Part shown: positions 1 to 9,596 of the stretch, in pieces
Layout of the letters: each line of letters opens with the position of its first letter
Numbering within the stretch: the stretch's first letter is position 1
Assembly: GCA_050012075.1 (NCBI GenBank)
Contig: JBEKHW010000003.1
Span: 14,690-78,689 of the forward strand
From: Candidatus Omnitrophota bacterium
Lineage (GTDB): Bacteria > Omnitrophota > Gorgyraeia > Gygaellales > Profunditerraquicolaceae
DNA length: 64,000 bases
Direction of reading: 5' to 3'
Notes under the pieces: generated by a model
The model's database searches: none
What the model saw: only the letters and a program-made list of their open reading frames with translations
Told to the model about the DNA's origin: nothing
Translations under genes and position numbers: made by a program

Positions 1-310
1 TCCTTAATTCATAAAGCAGGTTTTCCAGGAGGTTAGTTTCATCGGCAGTCAGGTTTCCTTTTGTTTTCTCTTTGAGTATCCCCAGTGTATCGATAAGGAA
101 CCTGGCCTGGGTTATATCCTCCTCTATTTTATTAGTCGCCGGGTTTGCCACCTGGCCTAAAGAAATAGATGCCTGCAGCGCAAGTGTGGTGATAAAGAAG
201 TTAAAGTCCGGCTCAGGCGGGATAAACTTATTTTCTTTTTTTAATGTCTCTTTTTCATTGGCTACTGCGTCTTTCCAGCTTTCATCAATGTTCTTTTTGA
301 TCTCATCCAT
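1..310 (-). CDS. DUF1844-family protein, 5' part only (the 3' end runs off the window start)
   Basis: Manual minus-strand translation from the ATG at 308-310 gives MDEIKKNIDESWKDAVANEKETLKKENKFIPPEPDFNFFITTLALQASISLGQVANP..., which matches the conserved DUF1844 signature PEPDFNFFITTLA. It abuts the stop of the upstream gene at 311. Confidence 0.55.
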   Translation of the reverse strand, partial: MDEIKKNIDESWKDAVANEKETLKKENKFIPPEPDFNFFITTLALQASISLGQVANPATNKIEEDITQARFLIDTLGILKEKTKGNLTADETNLLENLLYELR

Positions 311-1126
311 TTAGTATATTATCACCCCCGCGTAACCTACTACGCTTTCAGTGTCTCCTGTAGAGGAGCCGCTAGTCTCATATTTAACAAGAGTTGCGTT
401 TTTCGCGCCCAATAACTTTGCCGCTTTTAACATCGCCACTACCGGTGCCCAGCCGCACATGGATATATTCAGCTCCCGTATCTTTTTTATAAGCGTATCT
501 GCATCCAGTTGTAAGATTGCAGCGATTGCTTCTTTATCTTTAAATTCAGCTTCCGTTTGGCTTTCATAATGTGTCATATCGGAGCTGGCGACTATAAGAG
601 AATTTTCTTTTCTGTTTTCTAAACTATGCGCAATTGCCGTACCTATCTGGTTAAGCTCTTCTACATTCTCGGACATAAACGTTATCGGCACGATTTTAAA
701 ATCAGGTTTAAAATATTGCAGGAACGGTAATTCTACTTCCAGGGAATGTTCATATACATGCGCAAGGGGATCTTCTTTCAGGAGTTCAGAGCCCGCCAGT
801 ATTTCCTTTGCCAAAGGAGAATCTACGAGTATCTGGCCAAGGGGCGTCTCCCAGCTACCCTCGGTCATAATACTATAATCGCCACCATAACCGGTGTGGT
901 TCGGGCCAAGAAGGATGATACTGTCTTTTATTTTGATTGATGATACGGTCTGCCCTGCCACTCTTCCGGAATAAGTGTAGCCTGCGTGAGGTAAGATGCA
1001 TGCTATGGCATCTATCTTCTCGGCTTTTTCTTCAACAAGGCCTGCAATCTGTTTTTCCAGGGCTTGCCGGGGCCGCGGGTAAAACTGTCCGGCAACTGCC
1101 GGTTTTCTTACTATAGGGCTAACCAT
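311..1126 (-). CDS. AmmeMemoRadiSam system protein B (MEMO1-family)
   Basis: 271 aa. N-terminal AGQFYP motif, a His-rich LPHAGYTYSG segment and overall MEMO1 organisation. Confidence 0.8.
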   Translation of the reverse strand: MVSPIVRKPAVAGQFYPRPRQALEKQIAGLVEEKAEKIDAIACILPHAGYTYSGRVAGQTVSSIKIKDSIILLGPNHTGYGGDYSIMTEGSWETPLGQILVDSPLAKEILAGSELLKEDPLAHVYEHSLEVELPFLQYFKPDFKIVPITFMSENVEELNQIGTAIAHSLENRKENSLIVASSDMTHYESQTEAEFKDKEAIAAILQLDADTLIKKIRELNISMCGWAPVVAMLKAAKLLGAKNATLVKYETSGSSTGDTESVVGYAGVIIY

Positions 1127-2036
1127 TTAAGAGTCCTGAAATATACTTCGTTGCTTCTTTAATATCTCCTGCCGTAGCAGGTTGATGAATCTCCAGGATT
1201 TTTAATACTGCGCTATTCAGGTATTTTTTCAGGATACGAAAATCAAACTCGCCTTTTCCCGGAGCCTGGTGGTCCCTTCCTTTGGTTATATCGTGTAAAT
1301 GTATGCCAAGCATCGAGCTGCCGTATAAGTCCAGGTATTGCATGTGCCGCCAAAAACCCAGATTCTCCATAAGCTGGGCATGCCCTGTATCGTGCCAGTA
1401 GGATAAATTACCGCCTTTGAATTCTTTAAGAATTATCCCTATTTCTTCTATGGATGGTATCTCGCGGTGATAAAAGCGCGTTTCTATGCCAAGCCGCACG
1501 CCTTTTTTCCGGGCATAACTGTTCAGGATGTTTAGGCTGCGCAAGGTATTCTGGAAAAATGGCCCGGAGCTTACCTTACGCTCTTTTTGCATCGACGACT
1601 TTTGTGCCCTGAATTCCCCTGTGTCTTTAAGGCCGGCTTCGTAAAGCGCTATAAGAGCGCGTGTTTTATCGGGTATCTGGACCCTGCCACAGTGTAAGAC
1701 AACGGCTTTCGCGCCTAACAGCGCTGCCGTATCAATGGTTTTCCTGGTGTATTTTAAGGACAGGGCTCTTTCATCTTCATCCAGAGAACTCATGGCGTAA
1801 TAGTCAGGCAGGACAATATTCCTTTTAAGCCCTCTGGGTATAGGGCAGAAGTTATGGATACTTAGAATCCTGACCTCACCTTTTTTCTGCAATTTCGCAG
1901 CATCTGTTACCATTAAAGGGCTAAGGTTGAAGCCAAGCTCCACATCCCTAAAACCCAGCTTTTTTATCTCAAAGAGCATATCTTTTGCATTGTCGTGACG
2001 GAAGGCGTTCCAGGAGGTGGATAATGCAAAAGGCAT
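1119..2036 (-). CDS. Sugar phosphate isomerase/epimerase (xylose-isomerase-like TIM barrel)
   Basis: The track ORF 1119..2096 has TIM-barrel AP-endonuclease/xylose-isomerase-like motifs. The start is moved to the internal Met at 2036 because the upstream 60 nt encode the conserved rpsU C-terminus. Confidence 0.65.
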   Translation of the reverse strand: MPFALSTSWNAFRHDNAKDMLFEIKKLGFRDVELGFNLSPLMVTDAAKLQKKGEVRILSIHNFCPIPRGLKRNIVLPDYYAMSSLDEDERALSLKYTRKTIDTAALLGAKAVVLHCGRVQIPDKTRALIALYEAGLKDTGEFRAQKSSMQKERKVSSGPFFQNTLRSLNILNSYARKKGVRLGIETRFYHREIPSIEEIGIILKEFKGGNLSYWHDTGHAQLMENLGFWRHMQYLDLYGSSMLGIHLHDITKGRDHQAPGKGEFDFRILKKYLNSAVLKILEIHQPATAGDIKEATKYISGLLNG

Positions 2037-2040
2037 ATGT

Positions 2041-2217
2041 TTATCTTTTATTACCCCCCCGCGCTTTTTTTCTCCTACGTTCGCTGGGTTTTTCATAATG
2101 CTTGCGGTCTCTTACTTCCCGTAAGATGCCTTCCTGCTCAATCTTTTTCTTAAAACGCCTCAATGCCACTTCAAACGGCTCATCTCTTTTAACCTCTACT
2201 TCGGACAATAGTATCAT
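2041..2217 (-). CDS. rpsU: 30S ribosomal protein S21, 58 aa (below the ORF-track cutoff)
   Basis: Manual translation gives [58 protein letters not shown], which matches the S21 consensus (...NEPFDVALRRFKR...EVRRREFYEKP...). A perfect AAGGAG RBS sits 6 nt upstream of the ATG. Confidence 0.8.
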   Translation of the reverse strand: MILLSEVEVKRDEPFEVALRRFKKKIEQEGILREVRDRKHYEKPSERRRKKARGGNKR

Positions 2218-2261
2218 CTCCTTTCAATAAGGTATTTTTCCGGAACTCTTTGCGAACAAAT

Positions 2262-2290
2262 AATATACCACTAAATAAACAGAGTGTCAA
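2262..2290 (-). promoter_or_regulatory. Sigma70-like promoter for rpsU
   Basis: On the minus strand: TTGACA, a 17 nt spacer, then TATATT, about 45 nt upstream of the rpsU start. Confidence 0.4.
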
Positions 2291-2378
2291 CCAAAGAAAC
2301 AGGGACGGTTCTCAATCTAATCGGAAAAGTGTCCCCGTAGCGGGGACACTTTTAGCTTTGATTTCAGAACCGTCCCTG
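2291..2378 (-). terminator. Compound hairpin terminator after tonB
   Basis: A perfect 12 bp inner palindrome AAAGTGTCCCCG-TAG-CGGGGACACTTT is nested in a roughly 14 bp outer inverted repeat (CAGGGACGGTTCTCA / TCAGAACCGTCCCTG). On the minus strand it is followed by a UUUCUUU run, immediately 3' of the tonB stop at 2381. Confidence 0.5.
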
Positions 2379-2380
2379 GA

Positions 2381-3091
2381 TTATTCTACTTCGAAGGTAA
2401 TGGCGACGTTAAAAGTAAGTTGGGGATAATCTAGCAACCCTTTGGGAAATTTGGGAAAAGGCGCGGCTTCTTTTATGCTATTTAGGGCGATTTGCCGCAG
2501 ATAGGCGCTAAAGGTTTTATTCTCCACAAGGTGCATACCTTTTACGTAGCCATCCTGCGATATCGAGAAAGAAATGATTATTTCCCCTGTCTCTGAGCCG
2601 GTATAATTCTGATAGGCCGCGCGTTTAATCTTTTCCCGCACAATCTGGTAGTAGCTTATGTAAGAAGGGTTGTTGATTTTATCGGCGTCGAGTAACGGCA
2701 GGGAAACCTTCTTTTTAATCCCGACCAGCCCCGTTTTGATAAGAGCCGGCTTATTAAAGATGATCTCCTGGTTCTTCATGCCTGCGCCAGGGCCGCTATT
2801 TTGGATAAATGGCGGAGGCGGCCTCATTGCGGCTACCGGAGTGACCCTGGAAGTATCTAAAAGAGGTTCCCTGGGAAGGGATGGCGGCCGGCTTAATGCG
2901 GGAGGCCGCATTTGCGCCTGCTGGCTAATTTCGATATCCTGAGGCAGTTTTTTTATATAACGGACCTCCAATTCCCGGGTTTTGGTAATTTTGTTAAAAA
3001 CAGAGCCGGAAACGATCTTATGGGTAAGGATAAATATATGCGCAAGCAGGGAAACCACCAGCGCCAGTTGTAATTCTCGCTCGATAACCAT
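2381..3091 (-). CDS. tonB: Energy transducer TonB-family protein
   Basis: An N-terminal TM anchor, a proline-rich spacer (RPPALSRPPSLP...RPPPP) and a TonB C-terminal domain, located downstream of a TonB-dependent receptor. Confidence 0.7.
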   Translation of the reverse strand: MVIERELQLALVVSLLAHIFILTHKIVSGSVFNKITKTRELEVRYIKKLPQDIEISQQAQMRPPALSRPPSLPREPLLDTSRVTPVAAMRPPPPFIQNSGPGAGMKNQEIIFNKPALIKTGLVGIKKKVSLPLLDADKINNPSYISYYQIVREKIKRAAYQNYTGSETGEIIISFSISQDGYVKGMHLVENKTFSAYLRQIALNSIKEAAPFPKFPKGLLDYPQLTFNVAITFEVE

Positions 3092-3114
3092 AAGATTATA
3101 ATACCATAAATAAA

Positions 3115-4968
3115 TTAAAATTCCACCTTTGCCCCGCCAGTAAAAGAAAATCCGGGCATTGGATAGTCATGTATGACCTGGTATTTCCGGTTTAAGAGGT
3201 TATCTATATAGGCAAAACAGGTAACTCCGTGGTTAAATTTCTTTGATACGCTAAGCCCCAGGACAAAGAAATCCTTTACTTTGATTGTATTTTTCGCGTC
3301 AGCGAATCTTATGCCGGTAAATTGCCCTTTAAGTTCAGCTGTTAGCCCGTTATGGTCGCTATATTTTAAAGAAGAGTCGATCTTATAGTTCGGCTGATAG
3401 ACAAGATATTTATGCGTATTCTCATCCTTGGCGATTAAATAACTATAGTCGATTTTTAAATCGAGATTATCGGCTATGGATACAGTATTCTCAAGCTCCA
3501 ATCCGTCGATTGCCGCAGTGTTGATATTCTCCGGTTGCGTCATCCCGGTGGATGCGTCATAAGACCATTGTATAAGCTCTTTATAATTGCTATGGTAATA
3601 AGTCAATCCCGAAGTAAGGTATTTGTTGATTATTATATCGGCCCCGACTTCTTCGGTTAACCCTTTTTCCGGTTTTAGATTAGAGTTTCCTTTTAAACCA
3701 TCTCCCATATCCGGCCAATACAGGTCGTTAAATGTAGGGACACGGAAAGAACGGCTGACCAGGCCGTGGAATTTAACCGCGTTATTGAATTTATAGAGGA
3801 GGCTTATGGCTGGATCGACCTCTGTCCCGAAGTTGGAGTAATCATCTATGCGCGCGCTTAAATTAATATTCAGCTTGTCATCCAGCATGCCTAAGCGGTT
3901 TTCAAGGTATCCGGAGCGCAGGCTGTATTCATGTTTTGCGGTAGACGTACTGTCATTTAAATTCTTTGCGTAATCAAAACCGTAAACAAGGCTGTAGTAT
4001 TCGGAAAGTTGATTGTCAAGCTGCAGGTTAAACCCTCGCACCGTAGTGGCATGGATATCTTTTTCATTAGCAGTTTCCCAGGGCAACTCTGCGTTATTTT
4101 CCATAAATTCCAGCCGGTTGTAATTCTGGTAAGCTTTGACCAGGATCCCCGTTTGTTCATTTGGTTTAAAGCTCCAGTTTAAATCAAAGAAACGCTCCAG
4201 GGTATTTTGCTTGTCGTCAGGATCGGGATAGGTTAGTGAGCCGGGTACGCCTACGCGGCTTGTATAAAAACCGGAGTTAAGGCTGATATTGTTTTGGCTG
4301 TTGAGCTCATATTCCAATTTGAGATTGGAATCTTTGGCATTTAGAGCTGAATTCTGCCGGAAACCCTCTGAACTTTGGTATCCACCGCTTAAAAGGTAAC
4401 CGAATTTTGAAACCTTAGCCCCATATGACATACGCTCAATATATGTGCGGGCAGTGCCGAAACTTGAATAAAGTTCTGCTTCCTGGCCGGAGATTGGCGG
4501 TTTTTTGGTAATGATATTTACCACTCCCCCCATTGCCGAGCTGCCATATAAGCTTGAACCAGGGCCATGCATCACCTCAACCTTGGCTATATTATCCAGG
4601 GGTATAGTGGATAGGTCTATCTCCCCGTCCCTAGGGTTATTTATCGGCCTGCCATCAATCAGGACCAGGACTTGAGCAGCGGTAGAGCCGCGCATCCTGA
4701 TTGTTTTTGTGGCACTGGGACCGCCGTAATCGCTTATATCAACGGACGTAAGGTCAGTAAGTGTATCAGCCAGGTTTTGCGTCCCGCTCTTCTCCATCTC
4801 CGTAGACGTAACTACATCCACGTTACGCGAGAGATTCCCAGGGTATTCTTCTACTCTTGAAGCCGTAACCACTATTTTATCCAGGTCAACATTTTCTGCC
4901 CTGACAATTCCCGGTAAAGCAAAAAGCAATAACCATAAAACAAGCGAATTTTTATTAATATTTTTCAT
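3115..4968 (-). CDS. btuB: TonB-dependent outer-membrane receptor, likely cobalamin transporter BtuB
   Basis: 617 aa with a signal peptide, a TonB box (DKIVVTASR), a plug domain, beta-barrel and a C-terminal aromatic residue. It is preceded by a cobalamin riboswitch and adjacent to the cob/btu operon. Confidence 0.8.
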   Translation of the reverse strand: MKNINKNSLVLWLLLFALPGIVRAENVDLDKIVVTASRVEEYPGNLSRNVDVVTSTEMEKSGTQNLADTLTDLTSVDISDYGGPSATKTIRMRGSTAAQVLVLIDGRPINNPRDGEIDLSTIPLDNIAKVEVMHGPGSSLYGSSAMGGVVNIITKKPPISGQEAELYSSFGTARTYIERMSYGAKVSKFGYLLSGGYQSSEGFRQNSALNAKDSNLKLEYELNSQNNISLNSGFYTSRVGVPGSLTYPDPDDKQNTLERFFDLNWSFKPNEQTGILVKAYQNYNRLEFMENNAELPWETANEKDIHATTVRGFNLQLDNQLSEYYSLVYGFDYAKNLNDSTSTAKHEYSLRSGYLENRLGMLDDKLNINLSARIDDYSNFGTEVDPAISLLYKFNNAVKFHGLVSRSFRVPTFNDLYWPDMGDGLKGNSNLKPEKGLTEEVGADIIINKYLTSGLTYYHSNYKELIQWSYDASTGMTQPENINTAAIDGLELENTVSIADNLDLKIDYSYLIAKDENTHKYLVYQPNYKIDSSLKYSDHNGLTAELKGQFTGIRFADAKNTIKVKDFFVLGLSVSKKFNHGVTCFAYIDNLLNRKYQVIHDYPMPGFSFTGGAKVEF

Positions 4969-4974
4969 TACAGT

Positions 4975-5120
4975 CCTTTCTCTCCCTGCGAGAGTACTTA
5001 CCTGCGATAGGCAATCGACCGGGCTAAGTTAATCGTTAGTATCTAAAGCTATCGATTAAACTATTACCGTTGCGGGGCAGCGTGAGAAATCCCATCTCCA
5101 CTTCCTTTGCCTATCCGGTT
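4975..5120 (-). promoter_or_regulatory. Cobalamin (AdoCbl) riboswitch in the btuB 5' leader
   Basis: The minus-strand RNA reads ...GAUAGGCAAAGGAAGUGGAGAUGGGAUUUCUCACGCUGCCCCGCAACGGUAAUAG...UUAGCCCGGUCGAUUGCCUAUC. This fits the cobalamin aptamer core (GGAA..GGUG.AA.UCC...GC.G.CCCGC.AC.GUnA) with a P1 pairing GAUAGGCAA/UUGCCUAUC. Confidence 0.65.
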
Positions 5121-5153
5121 TTCTCGTTGTAGAAAATTTCTGCCAGAAAGATT

Positions 5154-5828
5154 TTATGCGTATTTTTTAATATCTAAGAACCAATGCCTCCAGAAACTTT
5201 CCTTAATTACAGGTTCGGCCTCCAATATTTTAATCGGCCTCCTGAATATTGGCCCATCAACCACTAATGTATGGAACTCGCCTTTCTCCCCACAGGGACA
5301 GATACCTCTTTTTTTAAGTTCTTCGACTAAACTTTTATCGATATAGCGGCCAAGAAACTCCTTGCCCATTATGTCTGCCTTACAGCTGACAATAATGGCC
5401 TTAAATCCGGCACTTATGAACTCGTCAATAATATTATCCGGCGGTCTGTTCCAGAGCGGCTCCAGGGCTTTAATATTTAAATCGCCGCAGACGCGCTCAA
5501 TCCAGCTTTCGTGTTCCAACAGGTATATATCCCCGAAGACCATCGTTTGGATATCGCTACCTCTTAGTTCGGTAACTGCAGCTTTAAATTCTTCCTCATA
5601 TTTTTTCATGTCTGGGCTGACTTCTTTTTGCACGAGCGGTATGCCGATTAAATCCGCCTGAAACTTAAGTAGCTTTCCCTCGAGCCCATGAAAACAACCG
5701 CGTTTTGATTCGCGGGAAATAAAGTTTAAAAGCATCCTTACGTTATAGCCCTGCTGGATTGCCTTATAACAAGCCAGGCAACTATCTTTGCCTCCGCTCC
5801 AGGAAGATATCGCTCTAATACTATCCAT
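5154..5828 (-). CDS. PP-loop ATP pyrophosphatase, diphthine-ammonia ligase-like (MJ0570/DUF71 family)
   Basis: 224 aa with an SGGKDS PP-loop motif near the N-terminus. It overlaps the cobS stop by 8 nt, so it looks translationally coupled as the last gene of the cob operon. Confidence 0.7.
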   Translation of the reverse strand: MDSIRAISSWSGGKDSCLACYKAIQQGYNVRMLLNFISRESKRGCFHGLEGKLLKFQADLIGIPLVQKEVSPDMKKYEEEFKAAVTELRGSDIQTMVFGDIYLLEHESWIERVCGDLNIKALEPLWNRPPDNIIDEFISAGFKAIIVSCKADIMGKEFLGRYIDKSLVEELKKRGICPCGEKGEFHTLVVDGPIFRRPIKILEAEPVIKESFWRHWFLDIKKYA

Positions 5829-6573
5829 ATACTGCCCCCCTTTGATAAATACAAATAATGAATAAAGTAATGATTTCCGTCAATTCAATGGTAGCCCCCA
5901 GCGTATCTCCGGTTATCCCGCCAATTTTTCTGCTTATCAACTTGGAAAATAACCAGGCGGTAAAACCCGCGACAAGAAAAAGGAATAAGCCCTTTACCCG
6001 CCAGATTAAAACAGCAAAGATTAATGTAATAATCGTGGCCAGCAGAAATATCCTAAAGGTTATATTATTCATAAATATCTTTGCTTTACCTTCGCTACGG
6101 GCATAGGGGAAGAAAAACATCACCTCAACCAGCGACCAGCGGCTTAAGGTGCACACTAAGATTAAAACTATCGGTCTGTCCTGAGGCCGTAAAGAAAAAA
6201 TAAACGCTGCTTTCAATAACAGCGCGCATACTATACTGATGACTCCCATTACCCCGGCATGCGAATCACGCATAATCTCTAAGCGCTTCTCTTTGTTTTT
6301 TCCGCTCATCAACGCATCAAATGTATCGGATAGACCATCAAGGTGCATACCCCCTGTGATTACTGTCAGCGCTACAACTAAAATTACCGCTACCGTGAAC
6401 TCATAAAAATGCAGGTCAAATAACACAATGCCCAGGCCCGCCAAAATCAATCCGATCAATAACCCTACCAAAGGAAAATAGATAAGCGAATTAGCGAGCT
6501 TACGCTCATTAACATCACTGATTTTAAGCGGGAAAACAGTCAAAAACTGTATCGCCAGTAAAAGGCTTGTCAT
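5821..6573 (-). CDS. cobS: Adenosylcobinamide-GDP ribazoletransferase (cobalamin synthase)
   Basis: 250 aa polytopic membrane protein with CobS-family motifs (HLDGLSDTFDAL). Confidence 0.85.
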   Translation of the reverse strand: MTSLLLAIQFLTVFPLKISDVNERKLANSLIYFPLVGLLIGLILAGLGIVLFDLHFYEFTVAVILVVALTVITGGMHLDGLSDTFDALMSGKNKEKRLEIMRDSHAGVMGVISIVCALLLKAAFIFSLRPQDRPIVLILVCTLSRWSLVEVMFFFPYARSEGKAKIFMNNITFRIFLLATIITLIFAVLIWRVKGLFLFLVAGFTAWLFSKLISRKIGGITGDTLGATIELTEIITLFIICIYQRGAVYG

Positions 6574-7628
6574 TTTTTCTTCTCCGAGACATTTGCGCTT
6601 TGAAATGTAGCCATCTCGGTGAGTATTTTTATTGAGGCATCGGATAAGCTCATTGCTAACGCTGCCCCTGTTCCTTCACCAAGCCTTAAATCCAGGTCAA
6701 GCAGGGGTTTTAATCCAATATGTTCTAAGATATATTTATGCCCCTTCTCTACTGAGTTATGCGCGGCAATCATATAGTATTTTGATTTTGGCTCAATCTT
6801 AAAAGCAATCAAGGCAGCAGCAGTGGAAATAAAACCATCAATAACTACCGGGATTTTCTTGGATGCGGCAGCCAGGATTATCCCGGTTAATCCTGCAATT
6901 TCAAAACCGCCCACCTTGGATAAAACATCAATGGGGCTAGAAGGGTCAGGTTTATTTAAAGAGAGCGCCCTATTTATAATATCAATCTTATTTTTCAATC
7001 CTTTCTCGTCTATACCCGCACCTCTTCCGGTAACTTCTTCAACTGGTTTGCCGGTGATGCAGGCTGTTATTGCGCTGGCCGCAGTAGTATTACCTATCCC
7101 CATTTCACCAGTCCCTGCAATATCAATCTCGCGCCTGAATTCATCTTCAAATATCTCAATGCCGGCAGATATTGCCTTTATGGCTTCTTCCATTGTCATT
7201 GCCGACTCGTCAGCCATGTTTTTTGTACCGTAGTTTATTTTTTTAATCACCAGCTGTGGATGGGGTTTAAGGTCGCTTGAGACCCCCATATCAACAATGA
7301 CGACCCGCGCCCCAACATGTTTTGCCAAAACATTTATGCCTGCCCCACCGGAAAGAAAATTGTAGACCATCTGCGCAGTCACTTCTTTTGGATAAGCGCT
7401 GACGCCTTCAGCGGTAACCCCGTGGTCTGAAGCAAGGGTAAATATGACTTTATTGCGTAACAGTGGATTTTCTTTTCCGGTTATGCCGCAGATCTGCTTG
7501 GCCAATTCTTCCAGCCTTCCTAAGCTTCCGAGCGGCTTAGTTAAATGGTCAAGCCTATCCTGGGTTTTTGTTATAATTGCTTGATCTGGTATTGAAATGC
7601 CTGAGATTATGCGTTTTATTATTTCCAT
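6570..7628 (-). CDS. cobT: Nicotinate-nucleotide--dimethylbenzimidazole phosphoribosyltransferase
   Basis: 352 aa with CobT motifs (LGSLGRLEELA, SDHGV, MGIGNTT). Confidence 0.85.
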   Translation of the reverse strand: MEIIKRIISGISIPDQAIITKTQDRLDHLTKPLGSLGRLEELAKQICGITGKENPLLRNKVIFTLASDHGVTAEGVSAYPKEVTAQMVYNFLSGGAGINVLAKHVGARVVIVDMGVSSDLKPHPQLVIKKINYGTKNMADESAMTMEEAIKAISAGIEIFEDEFRREIDIAGTGEMGIGNTTAASAITACITGKPVEEVTGRGAGIDEKGLKNKIDIINRALSLNKPDPSSPIDVLSKVGGFEIAGLTGIILAAASKKIPVVIDGFISTAAALIAFKIEPKSKYYMIAAHNSVEKGHKYILEHIGLKPLLDLDLRLGEGTGAALAMSLSDASIKILTEMATFQSANVSEKKK

Positions 7629-7678
7629 TTTTCCCTTTCTAAGTAAGCAGTTTTACTTTGATGTAAGGATTCTGTTTC

Positions 7679-8194
7679 CTATTTTATTCTTAAGGGTATC
7701 CCCGATACCATAAAGAATACTTTCCTGGATTCTTTTGCCAGTATTTGATTTACCCTGCCGGCGATATCGCGAAAATCCCTACTCAGTTTATTATCCGGGA
7801 CTATCCCTAGGCCGACTTCATTAGAAACTAAGATTATCCTTGCTTTCTTTTTCTTCAACTGCCTAAGGACCGCGCAGATTTTATTTATAATCTCCTTTTC
7901 CTTATTCCCGCAGAGAATAAGGTTAGAAACTAAAAGAGTAATACAGTCAATGATGATGCATTCAGACTTATTCCCCATCCTGCTCAATATTTTTTCTACT
8001 TCTTTCGGCTCCTCAAAGGTTTTCCAACTCTTTGGCCGGGATATTTTATGTTTAAGAATACGCTCTTTCATTTCCTTATCCCGCCCCTGACAGGTGGCAA
8101 TAAAAGCCACTTTCTTATGCTTTTTAGCCAAGCCCACAGCATAAGTGCTCTTGCCGCTCCTTGCCCCTCCTAAAACCAGGATTATTTTACCCAT
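7679..8194 (-). CDS. cobU: Bifunctional adenosylcobinamide kinase / adenosylcobinamide-phosphate guanylyltransferase
   Basis: 171 aa with a P-loop GGARSGKS and CobU/CobP-family organisation. Confidence 0.85.
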   Translation of the reverse strand: MGKIILVLGGARSGKSTYAVGLAKKHKKVAFIATCQGRDKEMKERILKHKISRPKSWKTFEEPKEVEKILSRMGNKSECIIIDCITLLVSNLILCGNKEKEIINKICAVLRQLKKKKARIILVSNEVGLGIVPDNKLSRDFRDIAGRVNQILAKESRKVFFMVSGIPLRIK

Positions 8195-8214
8195 TTTTAC
8201 CTCGAATATTCTTT

Positions 8215-8808
8215 TTAGTCCTCAAGGGGACCCACCCCTGCTTTGATTTGAAAACCGTTCCTGGAATGGTTGACTATAGTTATTGTTCCCGCGGCGGGAA
8301 CATAGCGCCAGAAATTACAGCTTTTTAATATGCTGCTTAGGAAAATACCGATGACTCCTCCATGACAGACAATGGCAATCGTTTTTCCCGGGTTAACCCG
8401 CAGGATCTTTTTTATGGCAGAATTGACCCTTTTTTTAAATTCATCCATCTTTTCTGCCTTCGGTATGCGGTTAGAATAAGGGTTTTTCAACCATTCGCGG
8501 TAAATCTTCCCGTATTTTTTTATGATTTCTTCATGGTGCAACCCTTCCAGGACCCCGAAATTAATCTCCCTTAAGGCCTGTACTTTAGTAATCTTTCTTT
8601 TACAAAAGATTATGCGTGCGCTTTCGAGCGCCCGTTTTTTATTGCTTGAATAAAACCGGTCAATCTCGATTCCCTTGAGAAGCCGGCGCAATTTTCTTGC
8701 CTGTTCCCTGCCCTGCCGGCTTAATGGGATATCCCTGTGCCCGCAGTAGCGCCGCTGGATATTCCATTGCGTTATCCCGTGCCGTATCAATATTAAGCGT
8801 GTAGGCAT
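8215..8808 (-). CDS. cobC: Alpha-ribazole phosphatase (histidine phosphatase family)
   Basis: 197 aa with the RHG catalytic motif (LILIRHGITQWN), in cob operon context. Confidence 0.75.
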   Translation of the reverse strand: MPTRLILIRHGITQWNIQRRYCGHRDIPLSRQGREQARKLRRLLKGIEIDRFYSSNKKRALESARIIFCKRKITKVQALREINFGVLEGLHHEEIIKKYGKIYREWLKNPYSNRIPKAEKMDEFKKRVNSAIKKILRVNPGKTIAIVCHGGVIGIFLSSILKSCNFWRYVPAAGTITIVNHSRNGFQIKAGVGPLED

Positions 8809-9596
8809 TATTTTTCTCCAGGCACGAGCATTACATTTGGCTTTCCGGTAGCCCTGTTAGTATTTACGAGGACTACTGTTTTGTACACTGCTTCGATATT
8901 CTGATAGGTCAGGACTTCTTCGACATGGCCTTCCTTGAAGATTCGTCCTTTATCCAACAAGGCAATACGATTACAATAGGCGCCGGCTAAGTTAAGGTCA
9001 TGTAGGATCATGGCAATGGTCAGGTTCTTATCGTGGTTCAACCTTTTTAGCAGGTCCATGACCTGTATCTGGTGGCCGATGTCCAGATGGGAGGTTGGCT
9101 CATCCAGGAGCAATAATTCTGGTTCCTGGGCCAGGGCCTGGGCAATGGTTACCCGTTGGCGTTCACCCGCGCTTAATTCATTGATATGCCTGTTTTTGAG
9201 CCTTAAGGTATCGGTTAGCCGTAGCGCCTCTTCGGCAATCTCTATATCTTTTTTTGTCTCAAATTGCAGGCGTTTCAGGTGGGGTATCCTGCCCATAAGC
9301 GTAATCTCCATCACTGTAAAAGAGAAATCCGTGGCAATATCCTGGGAAACAAAAGCGACTTTACGGCAGAATTCCTTTAATTCCATGGCGAGGATATCTT
9401 GATTGCGAAAATAGACTTTTCCTGATGAGGGTTTTAGTATGCGTGTTGTCAGGCGCAGCAGCGTGGTTTTCCCTGAGCCGTTTGGCCCAATAATACCCAT
9501 AAAATCACCGGAAACCACATCAAGAGAGACATCTTTAATCACCTCTTCCTTATAATAGCCGCCTGCTAGATTCTCTATTTTAAGCAATATGCTCAC
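8808..9596 (-). CDS. btuD: ABC transporter ATP-binding protein (BtuD/FecE-like)
   Basis: Walker A GPNGSGKTT, an ABC signature LSAGERQRV and Walker B LLLLDEPTSHLD. Confidence 0.8.
   Translation of the reverse strand: MSILLKIENLAGGYYKEEVIKDVSLDVVSGDFMGIIGPNGSGKTTLLRLTTRILKPSSGKVYFRNQDILAMELKEFCRKVAFVSQDIATDFSFTVMEITLMGRIPHLKRLQFETKKDIEIAEEALRLTDTLRLKNRHINELSAGERQRVTIAQALAQEPELLLLDEPTSHLDIGHQIQVMDLLKRLNHDKNLTIAMILHDLNLAGAYCNRIALLDKGRIFKEGHVEEVLTYQNIEAVYKTVVLVNTNRATGKPNVMLVPGEK

Noticed and set aside
72-314. Plus-strand ORF of 80 aa
   Set aside because: It lies entirely antisense to the DUF1844 gene (1-310, minus), which has a clear conserved family signature. It has no motif of its own.
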